Below, in pieces: positions 1 to 10,700 of a stretch of 64,000 bases of DNA. The notes under the pieces are model-generated. The model saw only the letters and a list, made by a program, of their open reading frames with translations, did no database searches and was not told the DNA's origin. The stretch is from Antedon mediterranea. Its lineage: Eukaryota; Animalia; Echinodermata. How positions within the stretch are numbered: position 1 is the first letter of the stretch; each line of letters opens with the position of its first letter. Both the position numbers and the translations under genes were made by a program. The stretch spans positions 450,422 to 514,421 of the forward strand of contig NC_092678.1 in assembly GCF_964355755.1 (NCBI RefSeq). The letters run 5' to 3'.

Positions 1-147
1 TAAAGAAAAACAGTATACATTTTAAAGAAATTCCTGTCCAAAAAAAGCTATAGTACTAAGATCTGTGATTAACTAACATTAGCATTACTTTAAAAAATTA
101 TTAATGTAGAAACAATACTTTATTTTATTATTTACTAAAGGAAGAAC

Positions 148-1163
148 ATACAAAGACAGGTAAATAGTGGTTGCTAGGAAGATACAAAGACAGGTAAATA
201 GTGGTTCCTAGGAAGATACAAAGACAGGTAAATAGTGGTTCCTAGGAAGATACAAAGACAGGTAAATAGTGGTTCCTAGGAAGATACAAAGACAGGTAAA
301 TAGTGGTTCCTAGGAAGATACAAAGACAGGTAAATAGTGGTTCCTAGGAAGATACAAAGACAGGTAAATAGTGGTTCCTAGGAAGATACAAAGACAGGTA
401 AATAGTGGTTCCTAGGAAGATACAAAGACAGGTAAATAGTGGTTGCTAGGAAGATACAAAGACAGGTAAATAGTGGTTGCTAGGAAGATACAAAGACAGG
501 TAAATAGTGGTTCCTAGGAAGATACAAAGACAGGTAAATAGTGGTTCCTAGGAAGATACAAAGACAGGTAAATAGTGGTTGCTAGGAAGATACAAAGACA
601 GGTAAATAGTGGTTCCTAGGAAGATACAAAGACAGGTAAATAGTGGTTCCTAGGAAGATACAAAGACAGGTAAATAGTGGTTCCTAGGAAGATACAAAGA
701 CAGGTAAATAGTGGTTCCTAGGAAGATACAAAGACAGGTAAATAGTGGTTGCTAGGAAGATACAAAGACAGGTAAATAGTGGTTGCTAGGAAGATACAAA
801 GACAGGTAAATAGTGGTTCCTAGGAAGATACAAAGACAGGTAAATAGTGGTTCCTAGGAAGATACAAAGACAGGTAAATAGTGGTTCCTAGGAAGATACA
901 AAGACAAGTAAATAGTGGTTCCTAGGAAGATACAAAGACAGGTAAATAGTGGTTGCTAGGAAGATACAAAGACAGGTAAATAGTGGTTCCTAGGAAGATA
1001 CAAAGACAGGTAAATAGTGGTTCCTAGGAAGATACAAAGACCGGTAAATAGTGGTTCCTAGGAAGATACAAAGACAGGTAAATAGTGGTTGCTAGGAAGA
1101 TACAAAGACAGGTAAATAGTGGTTGCTAGGAAGATACAAAGACAGGTAAATAGTGGTTGCTAG
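148..1163. repeat. 34-bp minisatellite, left part (~30 copies), unit GGAAGATACAAAGACAGGTAAATAGTGGTT(C/G)CTA
   Basis: Near-perfect 34-bp period, one common C/G dimorphic site; ends at the CTAG target site of the retrotransposon. Confidence 0.98.
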
Positions 1164-1572
1164 TGTAGCTCTTCACAAAATAATGACAATAATAACTTAA
1201 ACCCAGGTTCTCAATTTCAGCTACAAAATCGATAAAACACAGAATTCCAATACAAAATGCTTTTATTAATTATAACACAACTGCTTACTTTTAAAACTCA
1301 ATACCAACTACCCAGATCTGACTCATCTATCCAATTTCACAGTATTTCTAGATAACACAGGCTATAAAACTTTCTTATTCCCCACCACAAAACCCACAAA
1401 ATGGACCAGTTGTTATGGAAACCTAGATAAAGGAGGTACAGTCTTAATTAATTCAGAGATTGGAATGTGTAAAATCAAACTAAGGCATGATCATTGAGGA
1501 TATACAAGCTACTAAGTAAATATGAACTTAAATACAATAAAATGATAATACTGCTTTTGGAGTATCGCTACA
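1164..1572 (-). repeat. 3' LTR
   Basis: Matches 7372-7780 except 2 substitutions seen by eye; AATAAA on - strand at 1262-1267. Confidence 0.97.
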
Positions 1573-1589
1573 TCCACCCCTCCTTTCTT
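1573..1589 (-). other. Polypurine tract
   Basis: Minus strand AAGAAAGGAGGGGTGGA directly precedes TG of the 3' LTR. Confidence 0.92.
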
Positions 1590-2336
1590 ACGTCGTCCAC
1601 GACGTTCGCCTGCTTCAAAACCGAGGGAGACTTGCCGAATAATCTGGTCTTAATTAGGAATTAGACTAAAACTACAAACTCTACAAACTATTAAAAAGGC
1701 ATAAAATGAGGAAACATCAAAATAAACAAAACTTATCTATGATAATACTGTATAAAACAAACTTATTAGTAGTGCGGTTCATTACCACCTGAAACAGTCA
1801 CATATTACCAACAATTGCAAACTGTCTATTATTAACTGTCTATTATTAACTGTATCATAACATCATGAATACTATAAAATATAAGATACATTCCATTCTA
1901 AAATGAAATTGTACAGCGCAGTACTTGCTGTTCAGACTCAAATTGACCTAGTAAATACTTACTCGGTATGAAACGATGAATAAACATAAGGAATGATTTA
2001 AATTACTACCGGTACTACAATACCATCACTATGGGTAACCACTTAACTACAGTATACGGTAATACTACCTTCATTATGCTTTGTTTATACATTTTGTTAA
2101 GTTAATTTAATTTAATACGTAAAGTATATCAATTAAGTTCAATAGGCGATTGGAAGGGATGATATCTCACTCACCCCTCCCATCTGAAACGTCGCCCCCG
2201 ACGTTATCAAGTAGTTCATGAAAATACATAAAAATATACAATATAAGTTCAAACAATTACATGTCATCAAATAGTCATATGAAAGTGTCCAAAAAGTCAG
2301 TGAAAAAAAAATTTAAAAAGTGTTCCAGTGTTCACT

Positions 2337-5300
2337 TTAATCCAAGTCATATTCAAACATAATAGTCGGTGTTTGAGAAGATTGAGGTATGAGTCTATTA
2401 TCCAATGTATCTATATTATTTACAAATCGTTTATTTGGCGGCGACAACGATACAAACGGAGATACGTATGGGTTTAGCGAAAGACACTGAGATGGTACTA
2501 TGTTGCTGGTGCTGGCATTTGGTGAGGGTGGAGCGCTTTGGTCTGGGGTCGGAGGTGATAAATCCAATGGCAAAAACATACATGGAGTCAGTAGATTTCT
2601 ATGTAATGTCCGCTGACGACCATCCGCGTTTTCAACTTTGTACACTGGAATATTTGGATGTTTCAACAACACGACATATGGGGTTTCCTCCCATCTGTCT
2701 ACGAGTTTTTGCTTCCCGATAATATGTTTCTTTTGCACAAGGACGCGGTCGCCCAATTCCAAAGGAGCTTGAGTTGTCTTTTTGTCATACTCGCGTTTCT
2801 GTTTGTCTTTGGCTTTCATGGAAGATTTGGCTGCTTGGTCATAGACCAGCTTTAATCGCTCGCGAAATTGTAAGACCAACTCATCATAATCATCGTCATC
2901 ACTATTATGATTATCGCTATCAAGTCCAAACATTACATCAATTGGCAGATTGGCATGTCGGCCGAACATTAAGTAAAATGGTGCATAACCCGTGGAATCG
3001 TGTTTAGTACAATTATATGCATGTGCCATATCGCTAACATATTCCTTCCAGTCCTGTTTACGATCTAGTGAGAGTGTACCCAGCATGTCGATTAGTGTTC
3101 TATTAAATCTCTCCGTAGTTCCGTTACCCATTGGGTGGTAGGGTGTAGTGCGCGACTTTGCTATTCCGGCGACCTTGCACACAGATTTAATTATTGCGCT
3201 TTCAAAATTACGCCCTTGATCGGAGTGTATACGTTTTGGGAAACCATAATGTCTAAATACGTTCTGAAATAGTACCTTGGCAACAGTTTCAGCCGTCTGG
3301 TTTTTTGTTGGGTACGCTAAGGCATATCGGGTGAAATGATCGGTGATAACTAAAACATTTTCATAACCTCCTTTCGACCGTTCCAGACCAAGGAAGTTGA
3401 TGCATAGTAGTTCCATTGGTTCGTAAGTGTGAATATTCACGAGGGGCGCACGTTTCACATTTGGTGAAGTTTTTCGAAGACAGCACCGTTGACATGTGTC
3501 ACACCAGGTCTTAATGTCGGATGCCATCTTAGGCCAATAAAATCTTCGCCGAATCATATCGATGGTACGCTCATAACCCAAATGCCCAATGTTGTCATGC
3601 AGGTGTTCAAAAGCAAGTTTGTGTTTAGACGTTGGTAATACAAGCTGATCGCATGCTTCTCCAGTGTTGATATTGGTGGTCCTATATAATATGTTGTTTT
3701 TGAACTTTAGGCGATTCCATTGTCTGAGTAAACAGATGACATTCGAATGTTCAAGTCGACGCTCTGCTGCTGATGGCTTTTGATTGCGTCGGAGGAAGAA
3801 TGTCACACGGTCAAGCACATCGTCCTCCCTCTGGAGACGGGATATGTCCGCTTGCGAAAGATTTGGGACAGGCGCAAAACCATGATTTGTGTTAACATCA
3901 GGGGCTTGCACTGGATCCCCAGCGGCATCAGTGTTGTCGATACGAGATTTGCTTCTGGTGTGGGCCTGACACTGTACAATTTGTGGTTGGACATACAGAC
4001 ACGGATTCACAGGGGCAGATCCTGAGAGAACCGCAGTGACCAGTTCACACGGTACGTCTTTCCTGCGAGATAACGCGTCAGCTGCTGCGTTGCTTTTTCC
4101 CGGGCGGTACTTTATATCAAAATCGAACTGGCTTAGGGCAGCCACCCAGCGTTGCCCAGTCGCATCTAATTTCGCTGTGGATAGAACGTACAACAACGGA
4201 TTATTATCAGTCAGTACTGTAAAGTGATTTCCAATGAGGTACTCTCGAAATTTGTTAGTGACTGCCCATTTTAGAGCCAGGAACTCCAATTTGTGCGCCG
4301 GATAGCGAGATTCAGATGGGCGAAGGCTACGACTTGCATAAGCAATGACTCTTGGCGTGCCATTTTGTACTTGTGAAATAACGGCTCCCAGACCGATACC
4401 AGAAGCATCCGTTTCCAAAAGAAACGGCAAATTGTAGTCAGGGTACGCTAGGATTGGAGTATTTGTCAACAGGTGTTTAAGAAGTGAAAATGCTTTGTCG
4501 CATTCTGAAGTCCATACAAATGGTGGTGGTTTGGCATTCATTGCCTTTCTGCCATTCTTTTTCTTTCGTCGTGGGTCGCCGCACGTTAGTGCATATAACG
4601 GCGCAGCTATCTCCGAATACTGGCTGATAAACCGTCTGTAATAGCCGGTAAATCCCAAAAATTGAAGAACTTGTTTGCGGTCAACCGGCGTGGGCCAGCT
4701 GTCGACTTGCGCTGTTTTAGCAGGGTCGGCATGAATCCCCTCGGCTGATACAATGTGGCCCAAATAATTAACCTCAGATCGAAGGAGGGAGCATTTTGAA
4801 GGCTTTAACTTCAACCCATTTTCTCTTAGACGTTTGAAAACAGTTTCCAGTCTTTCTAAATGTTCTTGAAAGTTATTAGAAAAAATAATGATATCGTCCA
4901 AGTATATTAACAAAGTAGAAAAGTTTTGGTCACCAAAGCACGACATCATCAAACGTTGAAACGTCGCCGGTGCGTTTTGGAGTCCAAATGGCATTCGGTT
5001 ACACTCAAATAAACCCATTGGTGTTGTAAATGCTGTTTTTGGTTTATCTTCTTCTGCTACCTCTACCTGCCAATAGCCGCTAGTCAAATCTAATGTAGAG
5101 AAGATTTTGGCCTTACCCAGAGCATCCATAGCTTCATCTATCCTGGGTATTGGAAATGCATCTCTTACTGTTTTAGAATTAAGTTTTCTAAAATCGATAC
5201 ATATGCGCATTGACCCATCCTTCTTGCGAACAATCACCATCGGTGAAGCATATGGGCTTTTGCTTGGTCGAATGGCGCCAGCCTCTAACATACCATTGAT

Positions 5301-6383
5301 ATGCGAGCGCACTTCTTGATATTGCGACGGTGGGATGCGGCGAAAGGGTAGTCTAAATGGTTGGTTGTCAATAAGTGGTATATGGTGATATATGGCCTTA
5401 GTATGGCCAAAATCGTTTGCGTCCTTTGAGAAAACATCCGAGTATTTGTCTAACAGTGATTTTAGTGCTATGTGTTCAGAGTCAGTTTTGATGTCTGATT
5501 CTGAAAGATCTGGCAGAACAGTTTGTGATGTGATATTAGGTTGGCTAATACCACCTGTAACATCGTAAGTGTCCAAACTTGCAATTTGAGATAGAGTCGC
5601 TACCGTGGTGTTGTGGTGCAAAAAGATTGGTTTGTCAGATACATTGCAGATTCGCACTGTAACTATATTGTTTCGCCGGATGTGGGATATTGAACGACCA
5701 ACGAGAAAGTTTGTAGTACTTCCAAATGGCTCAACAAGCACAGTTGATATTTTATCTTTAGACCACACTGCAGTACATTGTATATCAATTTGTTGATTTG
5801 CGTTTATGCGAGCAGGGTGTCTATTAAAGTATACAGCTCTGCCAACATTTTCTGGTTGTATACTTTTCTCCATTTGCGCAAATGCTGCTTCAAAGGCTGC
5901 ATCTTTGCATTTTATGTTGCGTTTGTCGTTTCTCTGTGCACGTAGAACATTGGTCCCAATCAGTACGGGGATAGTTTTGCGGTATTTACTGTTCGGGACT
6001 ACAAACACGGGAACAGCGGAGTATGTTTTATTGAGTATATTGATGTCGCTATAAATAATTCCATAGTACGGGACACTCTGGCCATTTGCCGCTATAACTT
6101 CTATGGTTGAGCGTTCCATAACTTGTGATTTTAATTCCGGAATTTTGTTATACAATTCAATAGTTATAGTTGATATCTGTGAGCCTGAATCAATAAGGGC
6201 GTTACATTTTACTCCATGAATTGATATTTCTGCTTGATTAGTTGGCCCGACAATATATGTCTGTCCTTTGGGTGTGTGCTTTTCACCACCAACCCACCCT
6301 ACTGTTGTGGTGACCTGCCGTTTCCCGTCGGCGCATTTGGGCAAAATCGTCGAATGTGTCCAATTTGGCCGCAGCCGTAGCAT
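2337..6383 (-). CDS. pol: Gypsy Pol polyprotein (protease, RT, RNase H, integrase), probably made as Gag-Pol by -1 frameshift
   Basis: Protease LIDSGS; RT MPFGLQNAPATFQ and YLDD; RNase H ETDAS/TDNNPL/ADALSR; integrase H..H..CDTC, HSDQG, ERFNRTL. First catalytic D reads N (LCINF). Confidence 0.97.
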   Translation of the reverse strand: MLRLRPNWTHSTILPKCADGKRQVTTTVGWVGGEKHTPKGQTYIVGPTNQAEISIHGVKCNALIDSGSQISTITIELYNKIPELKSQVMERSTIEVIAANGQSVPYYGIIYSDINILNKTYSAVPVFVVPNSKYRKTIPVLIGTNVLRAQRNDKRNIKCKDAAFEAAFAQMEKSIQPENVGRAVYFNRHPARINANQQIDIQCTAVWSKDKISTVLVEPFGSTTNFLVGRSISHIRRNNIVTVRICNVSDKPIFLHHNTTVATLSQIASLDTYDVTGGISQPNITSQTVLPDLSESDIKTDSEHIALKSLLDKYSDVFSKDANDFGHTKAIYHHIPLIDNQPFRLPFRRIPPSQYQEVRSHINGMLEAGAIRPSKSPYASPMVIVRKKDGSMRICIDFRKLNSKTVRDAFPIPRIDEAMDALGKAKIFSTLDLTSGYWQVEVAEEDKPKTAFTTPMGLFECNRMPFGLQNAPATFQRLMMSCFGDQNFSTLLIYLDDIIIFSNNFQEHLERLETVFKRLRENGLKLKPSKCSLLRSEVNYLGHIVSAEGIHADPAKTAQVDSWPTPVDRKQVLQFLGFTGYYRRFISQYSEIAAPLYALTCGDPRRKKKNGRKAMNAKPPPFVWTSECDKAFSLLKHLLTNTPILAYPDYNLPFLLETDASGIGLGAVISQVQNGTPRVIAYASRSLRPSESRYPAHKLEFLALKWAVTNKFREYLIGNHFTVLTDNNPLLYVLSTAKLDATGQRWVAALSQFDFDIKYRPGKSNAAADALSRRKDVPCELVTAVLSGSAPVNPCLYVQPQIVQCQAHTRSKSRIDNTDAAGDPVQAPDVNTNHGFAPVPNLSQADISRLQREDDVLDRVTFFLRRNQKPSAAERRLEHSNVICLLRQWNRLKFKNNILYRTTNINTGEACDQLVLPTSKHKLAFEHLHDNIGHLGYERTIDMIRRRFYWPKMASDIKTWCDTCQRCCLRKTSPNVKRAPLVNIHTYEPMELLCINFLGLERSKGGYENVLVITDHFTRYALAYPTKNQTAETVAKVLFQNVFRHYGFPKRIHSDQGRNFESAIIKSVCKVAGIAKSRTTPYHPMGNGTTERFNRTLIDMLGTLSLDRKQDWKEYVSDMAHAYNCTKHDSTGYAPFYLMFGRHANLPIDVMFGLDSDNHNSDDDDYDELVLQFRERLKLVYDQAAKSSMKAKDKQKREYDKKTTQAPLELGDRVLVQKKHIIGKQKLVDRWEETPYVVLLKHPNIPVYKVENADGRQRTLHRNLLTPCMFLPLDLSPPTPDQSAPPSPNASTSNIVPSQCLSLNPYVSPFVSLSPPNKRFVNNIDTLDNRLIPQSSQTPTIMFEYDLD

Positions 6384-7324
6384 TCCAGTGCCCTAGGTTG
6401 TGACGTGTTGGGCCGTTGATGCGCCGCTTCCTTTGCCTCAAGTTTAGCGGTAAGAAAGCTTATTTTCCTCTCCATCTCCGTAACTAATCTGTGCATCGAC
6501 GCGTCCTCACCGGAACCTTTGACATTTGTCGGCGTTATGGGAGGGGCTACTAGGTGTGGTGCGCACGGTTGCTGCTTTCGTTCTCGTTCTAGTAGTCTTA
6601 TCTCTGATAGAACAGAATGAAATGTCATAGACCTCGGTCTCATGGGCGCTATTCGTCCAACTACTTCTTGGTCGTACATTCCCCGCATTAATTGTTGTGT
6701 CAACATTCGATCCCTTTCATACATGGGACCTCGCCCAAGTTTCTCCTCCACATCTCGTAATACTGCTTCTAGTTCAATGGCATAAAAACTAGCAGACTTA
6801 CCCTGTCTTTGTGTTCTCTGGTAGAAATCAGATAAGGGGTCACCAGAGGACACATTTCCGAATTGTTCTTTTAGTTCTTTGAATGCTCTTTCTGGTGTCT
6901 GGCATTCTCTCGGTAAGTTCAACACCAGCTTCCGTGCAGTTCCTCCCAGATTTCTAACTATTGTTGAAAACTGTAGGTGACTAGGCATGTTGCTACAGCT
7001 TAAGATATGTTGAACATCTCTGGTCCAATCCTCAATCAGGTTGGGCGATTGTCCCGTAAATATTGGTACTCCTTTTAGTTGGTGTGCCGGGGTGTAAATT
7101 TGTACTGATTTAGGCACTGGTAATAATGGTTTTACCGCTGTATTATACCCCTGAACTGGTCTTGGTAATCGAGGGTGGCCTGGAGTTTCTAGGCTTTGAG
7201 ACACATCCGGTCTCATCGGGGTAGTATAGTAACTATTTCTCTCCCATAATGGCGAGTTTTCTGGTTGAACAGTTTCACATCGGGTATCTTCATATCCTGT
7301 CATATCCAATACAGTATATTCCAT
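6299..7324 (-). CDS. gag: Gypsy Gag (PNMA/Ma-like capsid plus CCHC zinc knuckle)
   Basis: 341-aa ORF just after the PBS; CYGCGQIGHIRRFC knuckle; FYQRTQRQGKS MHR-like motif; overlaps pol by 85 nt. Confidence 0.93.
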   Translation of the reverse strand: MEYTVLDMTGYEDTRCETVQPENSPLWERNSYYTTPMRPDVSQSLETPGHPRLPRPVQGYNTAVKPLLPVPKSVQIYTPAHQLKGVPIFTGQSPNLIEDWTRDVQHILSCSNMPSHLQFSTIVRNLGGTARKLVLNLPRECQTPERAFKELKEQFGNVSSGDPLSDFYQRTQRQGKSASFYAIELEAVLRDVEEKLGRGPMYERDRMLTQQLMRGMYDQEVVGRIAPMRPRSMTFHSVLSEIRLLERERKQQPCAPHLVAPPITPTNVKGSGEDASMHRLVTEMERKISFLTAKLEAKEAAHQRPNTSQPRALECYGCGQIGHIRRFCPNAPTGNGRSPQQ

Positions 7325-7351
7325 TGTAGATTAAAATTTGTTTAACAAAAA

Positions 7352-7369
7352 ATCCTGGTCACGGCACCA
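7352..7369 (-). other. Primer binding site, tRNA-His
   Basis: TGGTGCCGTGACCAGGAT, 2 nt from the 5' LTR, complementary to the 3' end of animal tRNA-His (...ATCCTGGTCACGGCA-CCA). Confidence 0.9.
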
Positions 7370-7371
7370 AT

Positions 7372-7780
7372 TGTAGCTCTTCACAAAATAATGACAATAA
7401 TAACTTAAACCCAGGTTCTCAATTTCAGCTACAAAATCGATAAAACACAGAATTCCAATACAAAATGCTTTTATTAATTATAACACAACTGCTTACTTTT
7501 AAAACTCAATACTAACTACCCAGATCTGACTCATCTATCCAATTTCACAGTATTTCTAGATAACACAGGCTATAAAACTTTCTTATTCCCCACCACAAAA
7601 CCCACAAAATGGACCAGTTGTTATGGAAACCTAGATAAAGGAGGTACAGTCTTAATTAATTCAGAGATTGGAATGTGTAAAAGCAAACTAAGGCATGATC
7701 ATTGAGGATATACAAGCTACTAAGTAAATATGAACTTAAATACAATAAAATGATAATACTGCTTTTGGAGTATCGCTACA
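7372..7780 (-). repeat. 5' LTR
   Basis: 409 bp, TG...CA, adjacent to the PBS. Confidence 0.97.
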
Positions 7781-10700
7781 CTAGGAAGATACAAAGACAG
7801 GTAAATAGTGGTTGCTAGGAAGATACAAAGACAGGTAAATAGTGGTTCCTAGGAAGATACAAAGACAGGTAAATAGTGGTTCCTAGGAAGATACAAAGAC
7901 AGGTAAATAGTGGTTCCTAGGAAGATACAAAGACAGGTAAATAGTGGTTGCTAGGAAGATACAAAGACAGGTAAATAGTGGTTGCTAGGAAGATACAAAG
8001 ACAGGTAAATAGTGGTTGCTAGGAAGATACAAAGACAGGTAAATAGTGGTTGCTAGGAAGATACAAAGACAGGTAAATAGTGGTTGCTAGGAAGATACAA
8101 AGACAGGTAAATAGTGGTTGCTAGGAAGATACAAAGACAGGTAAATAGTGGTTGCTAGGAAGATACAAAGACAGGTAAATAGTGGTTCCTAGGAAGATAC
8201 AAAGACAGGTAAATAGTGGTTCCTAGGAAGATACAAAGACAGGTAAATAGTGGTTCCTAGGAAGATACAAAGACAGGTAAATAGTGGTTCCTAGGAAGAT
8301 ACAAAGACAGGTAAATAGTGGTTCCTAGGAAGATACAAAGACAGGTAAATAGTGGTTCCTAGGAAGATACAAAGACAGGTAAATAGTGGTTCCTAGGAAG
8401 ATACAAAGACAGGTAAATAGTGGTTCCTAGGAAGATACAAAGACAGGTAAATAGTGGTTCCTAGGAAGATACAAAGACAGGTAAATAGTGGTTCCTAGGA
8501 AGATACAAAGACAGGTAAATAGTGGTTGCTAGGAAGATACAAAGACAGGTAAATAGTGGTTGCTAGGAAGATACAAAGACAGGTAAATAGTGGTTGCTAG
8601 GAAGATACAAAGACAGGTAAATAGTGGTTGCTAGGAAGATACAAAGACAGGTAAATAGTGGTTCCTAGGAAGATACAAAGACAGGTAAATAGTGGTTCCT
8701 AGGAAGATACAAAGACAGGTAAATAGTGGTTCCTAGGAAGATACAAAGACAGGTAAATAGTGGTTGCTAGGAAGATACAAAGACAGGTAAATAGTGGTTG
8801 CTAGGAAGATACAAAGACAGGTAAATAGTGGTTGCTAGGAAGATACAAAGACAGGTAAATAGTGGTTGCTAGGAAGATACAAAGACAGGTAAATAGTGGT
8901 TGCTAGGAAGATACAAAGACAGGTAAATAGTGGTTGCTAGGAAGATACAAAGACAGGTAAATAGTGGTTGCTAGGAAGATACAAAGACAGGTAAATAGTG
9001 GTTCCTAGGAAGATACAAAGACAGGTAAATAGTGGTTCCTAGGAAGATACAAAGACAGGTAAATAGTGGTTCCTAGGAAGATACAAAGACAGGTAAATAG
9101 TGGTTCCTAGGAAGATACAAAGACAGGTAAATAGTGGTTCCTAGGAAGATACAAAGACAGGTAAATAGTGGTTCCTAGGAAGATACAAAGACAGGTAAAT
9201 AGTGGTTCCTAGGAAGATACAAAGACAGGTAAATAGTGGTTCCTAGGAAGATACAAAGACAGGTAAATAGTGGTTCCTAGGAAGATACAAAGACAGGTAA
9301 ATAGTGGTTCCTAGGAAGATACAAAGACAGGTAAATAGTGGTTGCTAGGAAGATACAAAGACAGGTAAATAGTGGTTGCTAGGAAGATACAAAGACAGGT
9401 AAATAGTGGTTGCTAGGAAGATACAAAGACAGGTAAATAGTGGTTGCTAGGAAGATACAAAGACAGGTAAATAGTGGTTGCTAGGAAGATACAAAGACAG
9501 GTAAATAGTGGTTCCTAGGAAGATACAAAGACAGGTAAATAGTGGTTCCTAGGAAGATACAAAGACAGGTAAATAGTGGTTCCTAGGAAGATACAAAGAC
9601 AGGTAAATAGTGGTTCCTAGGAAGATACAAAGACAGGTAAATAGTGGTTCCTAGGAAGATACAAAGACAGGTAAATAGTGGTTCCTAGGAAGATACAAAG
9701 ACAGGTAAATAGTGGTTCCTAGGAAGATACAAAGACAGGTAAATAGTGGTTCCTAGGAAGATACAAAGACAGGTAAATAGTGGTTGCTAGGAAGATACAA
9801 AGACAGGTAAATAGTGGTTGCTAGGAAGATACAAAGACAGGTAAATAGTGGTTCCTAGGAAGATACAAAGACAGGTAAATAGTGGTTCCTAGGAAGATAC
9901 AAAGACAGGTAAATAGTGGTTCCTAGGAAGATACAAAGACAGGTAAATAGTGGTTCCTAGGAAGATACAAAGACAGGTAAATAGTGGTTCCTAGGAAGAT
10001 ACAAAGACAGGTAAATAGTGGTTGCTAGGAAGATACAAAGACAGGTAAATAGTGGTTCCTAGGAAGATACAAAGACAGGTAAATAGTGGTTCCTAGGAAG
10101 ATACAAAGACAGGTAAATAGTGGTTGCTAGGAAGATACAAAGACAGGTAAATAGTGGTTCCTAGGAAGATACAAAGACAGGTAAATAGTGGTTCCTAGGA
10201 AGATACAAAGACAGGTAAATAGTGGTTGCTAGGAAGATACAAAGACAGGTAAATAGTGGTTCCTAGGAAGATACAAAGACAGGTAAATAGTGGTTGCTAG
10301 GAAGATACAAAGACAGGTAAATAGTGGTTCCTAGGAAGATACAAAGACAGGTAAATAGTGGTTCCTAGGAAGATACAAAGACAGGTAAATAGTGGTTGCT
10401 AGGAAGATACAAAGACAGGTAAATAGTGGTTCCTAGGAAGATACAAAGACAGGTAAATAGTGGTTGCTAGGAAGATACAAAGACAGGTAAATAGTGGTTC
10501 CTAGGAAGATACAAAGACAGGTAAATAGTGGTTGCTAGGAAGATACAAAGACAGGTAAATAGTGGTTCCTAGGAAGATACAAAGACAGGTAAATAGTGGT
10601 TGCTAGGAAGATACAAAGACAGGTAAATAGTGGTTCCTAGGAAGATACAAAGACAGGTAAATAGTGGTTCCTAGGAAGATACAAAGACAGGTAAATAGTG

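Larger units (their letters stand above)
1164..7780 (-). mobile_element. Full-length Ty3/Gypsy LTR retrotransposon (6617 bp)
   Basis: Two 409-bp LTRs (TGTAGC...GCTACA), 4-bp TSD CTAG (1160-1163, 7781-7784), PBS, PPT, gag and pol with PR-RT-RH-IN order. Confidence 0.98.

Noticed and set aside
1610-2336. env-like third ORF in the retrotransposon
   Set aside because: No ORF in the track; AT-rich non-coding.
2405-6054. Short ORFs overlapping pol
   Set aside because: Shadow frames of a long coding region, no motifs.
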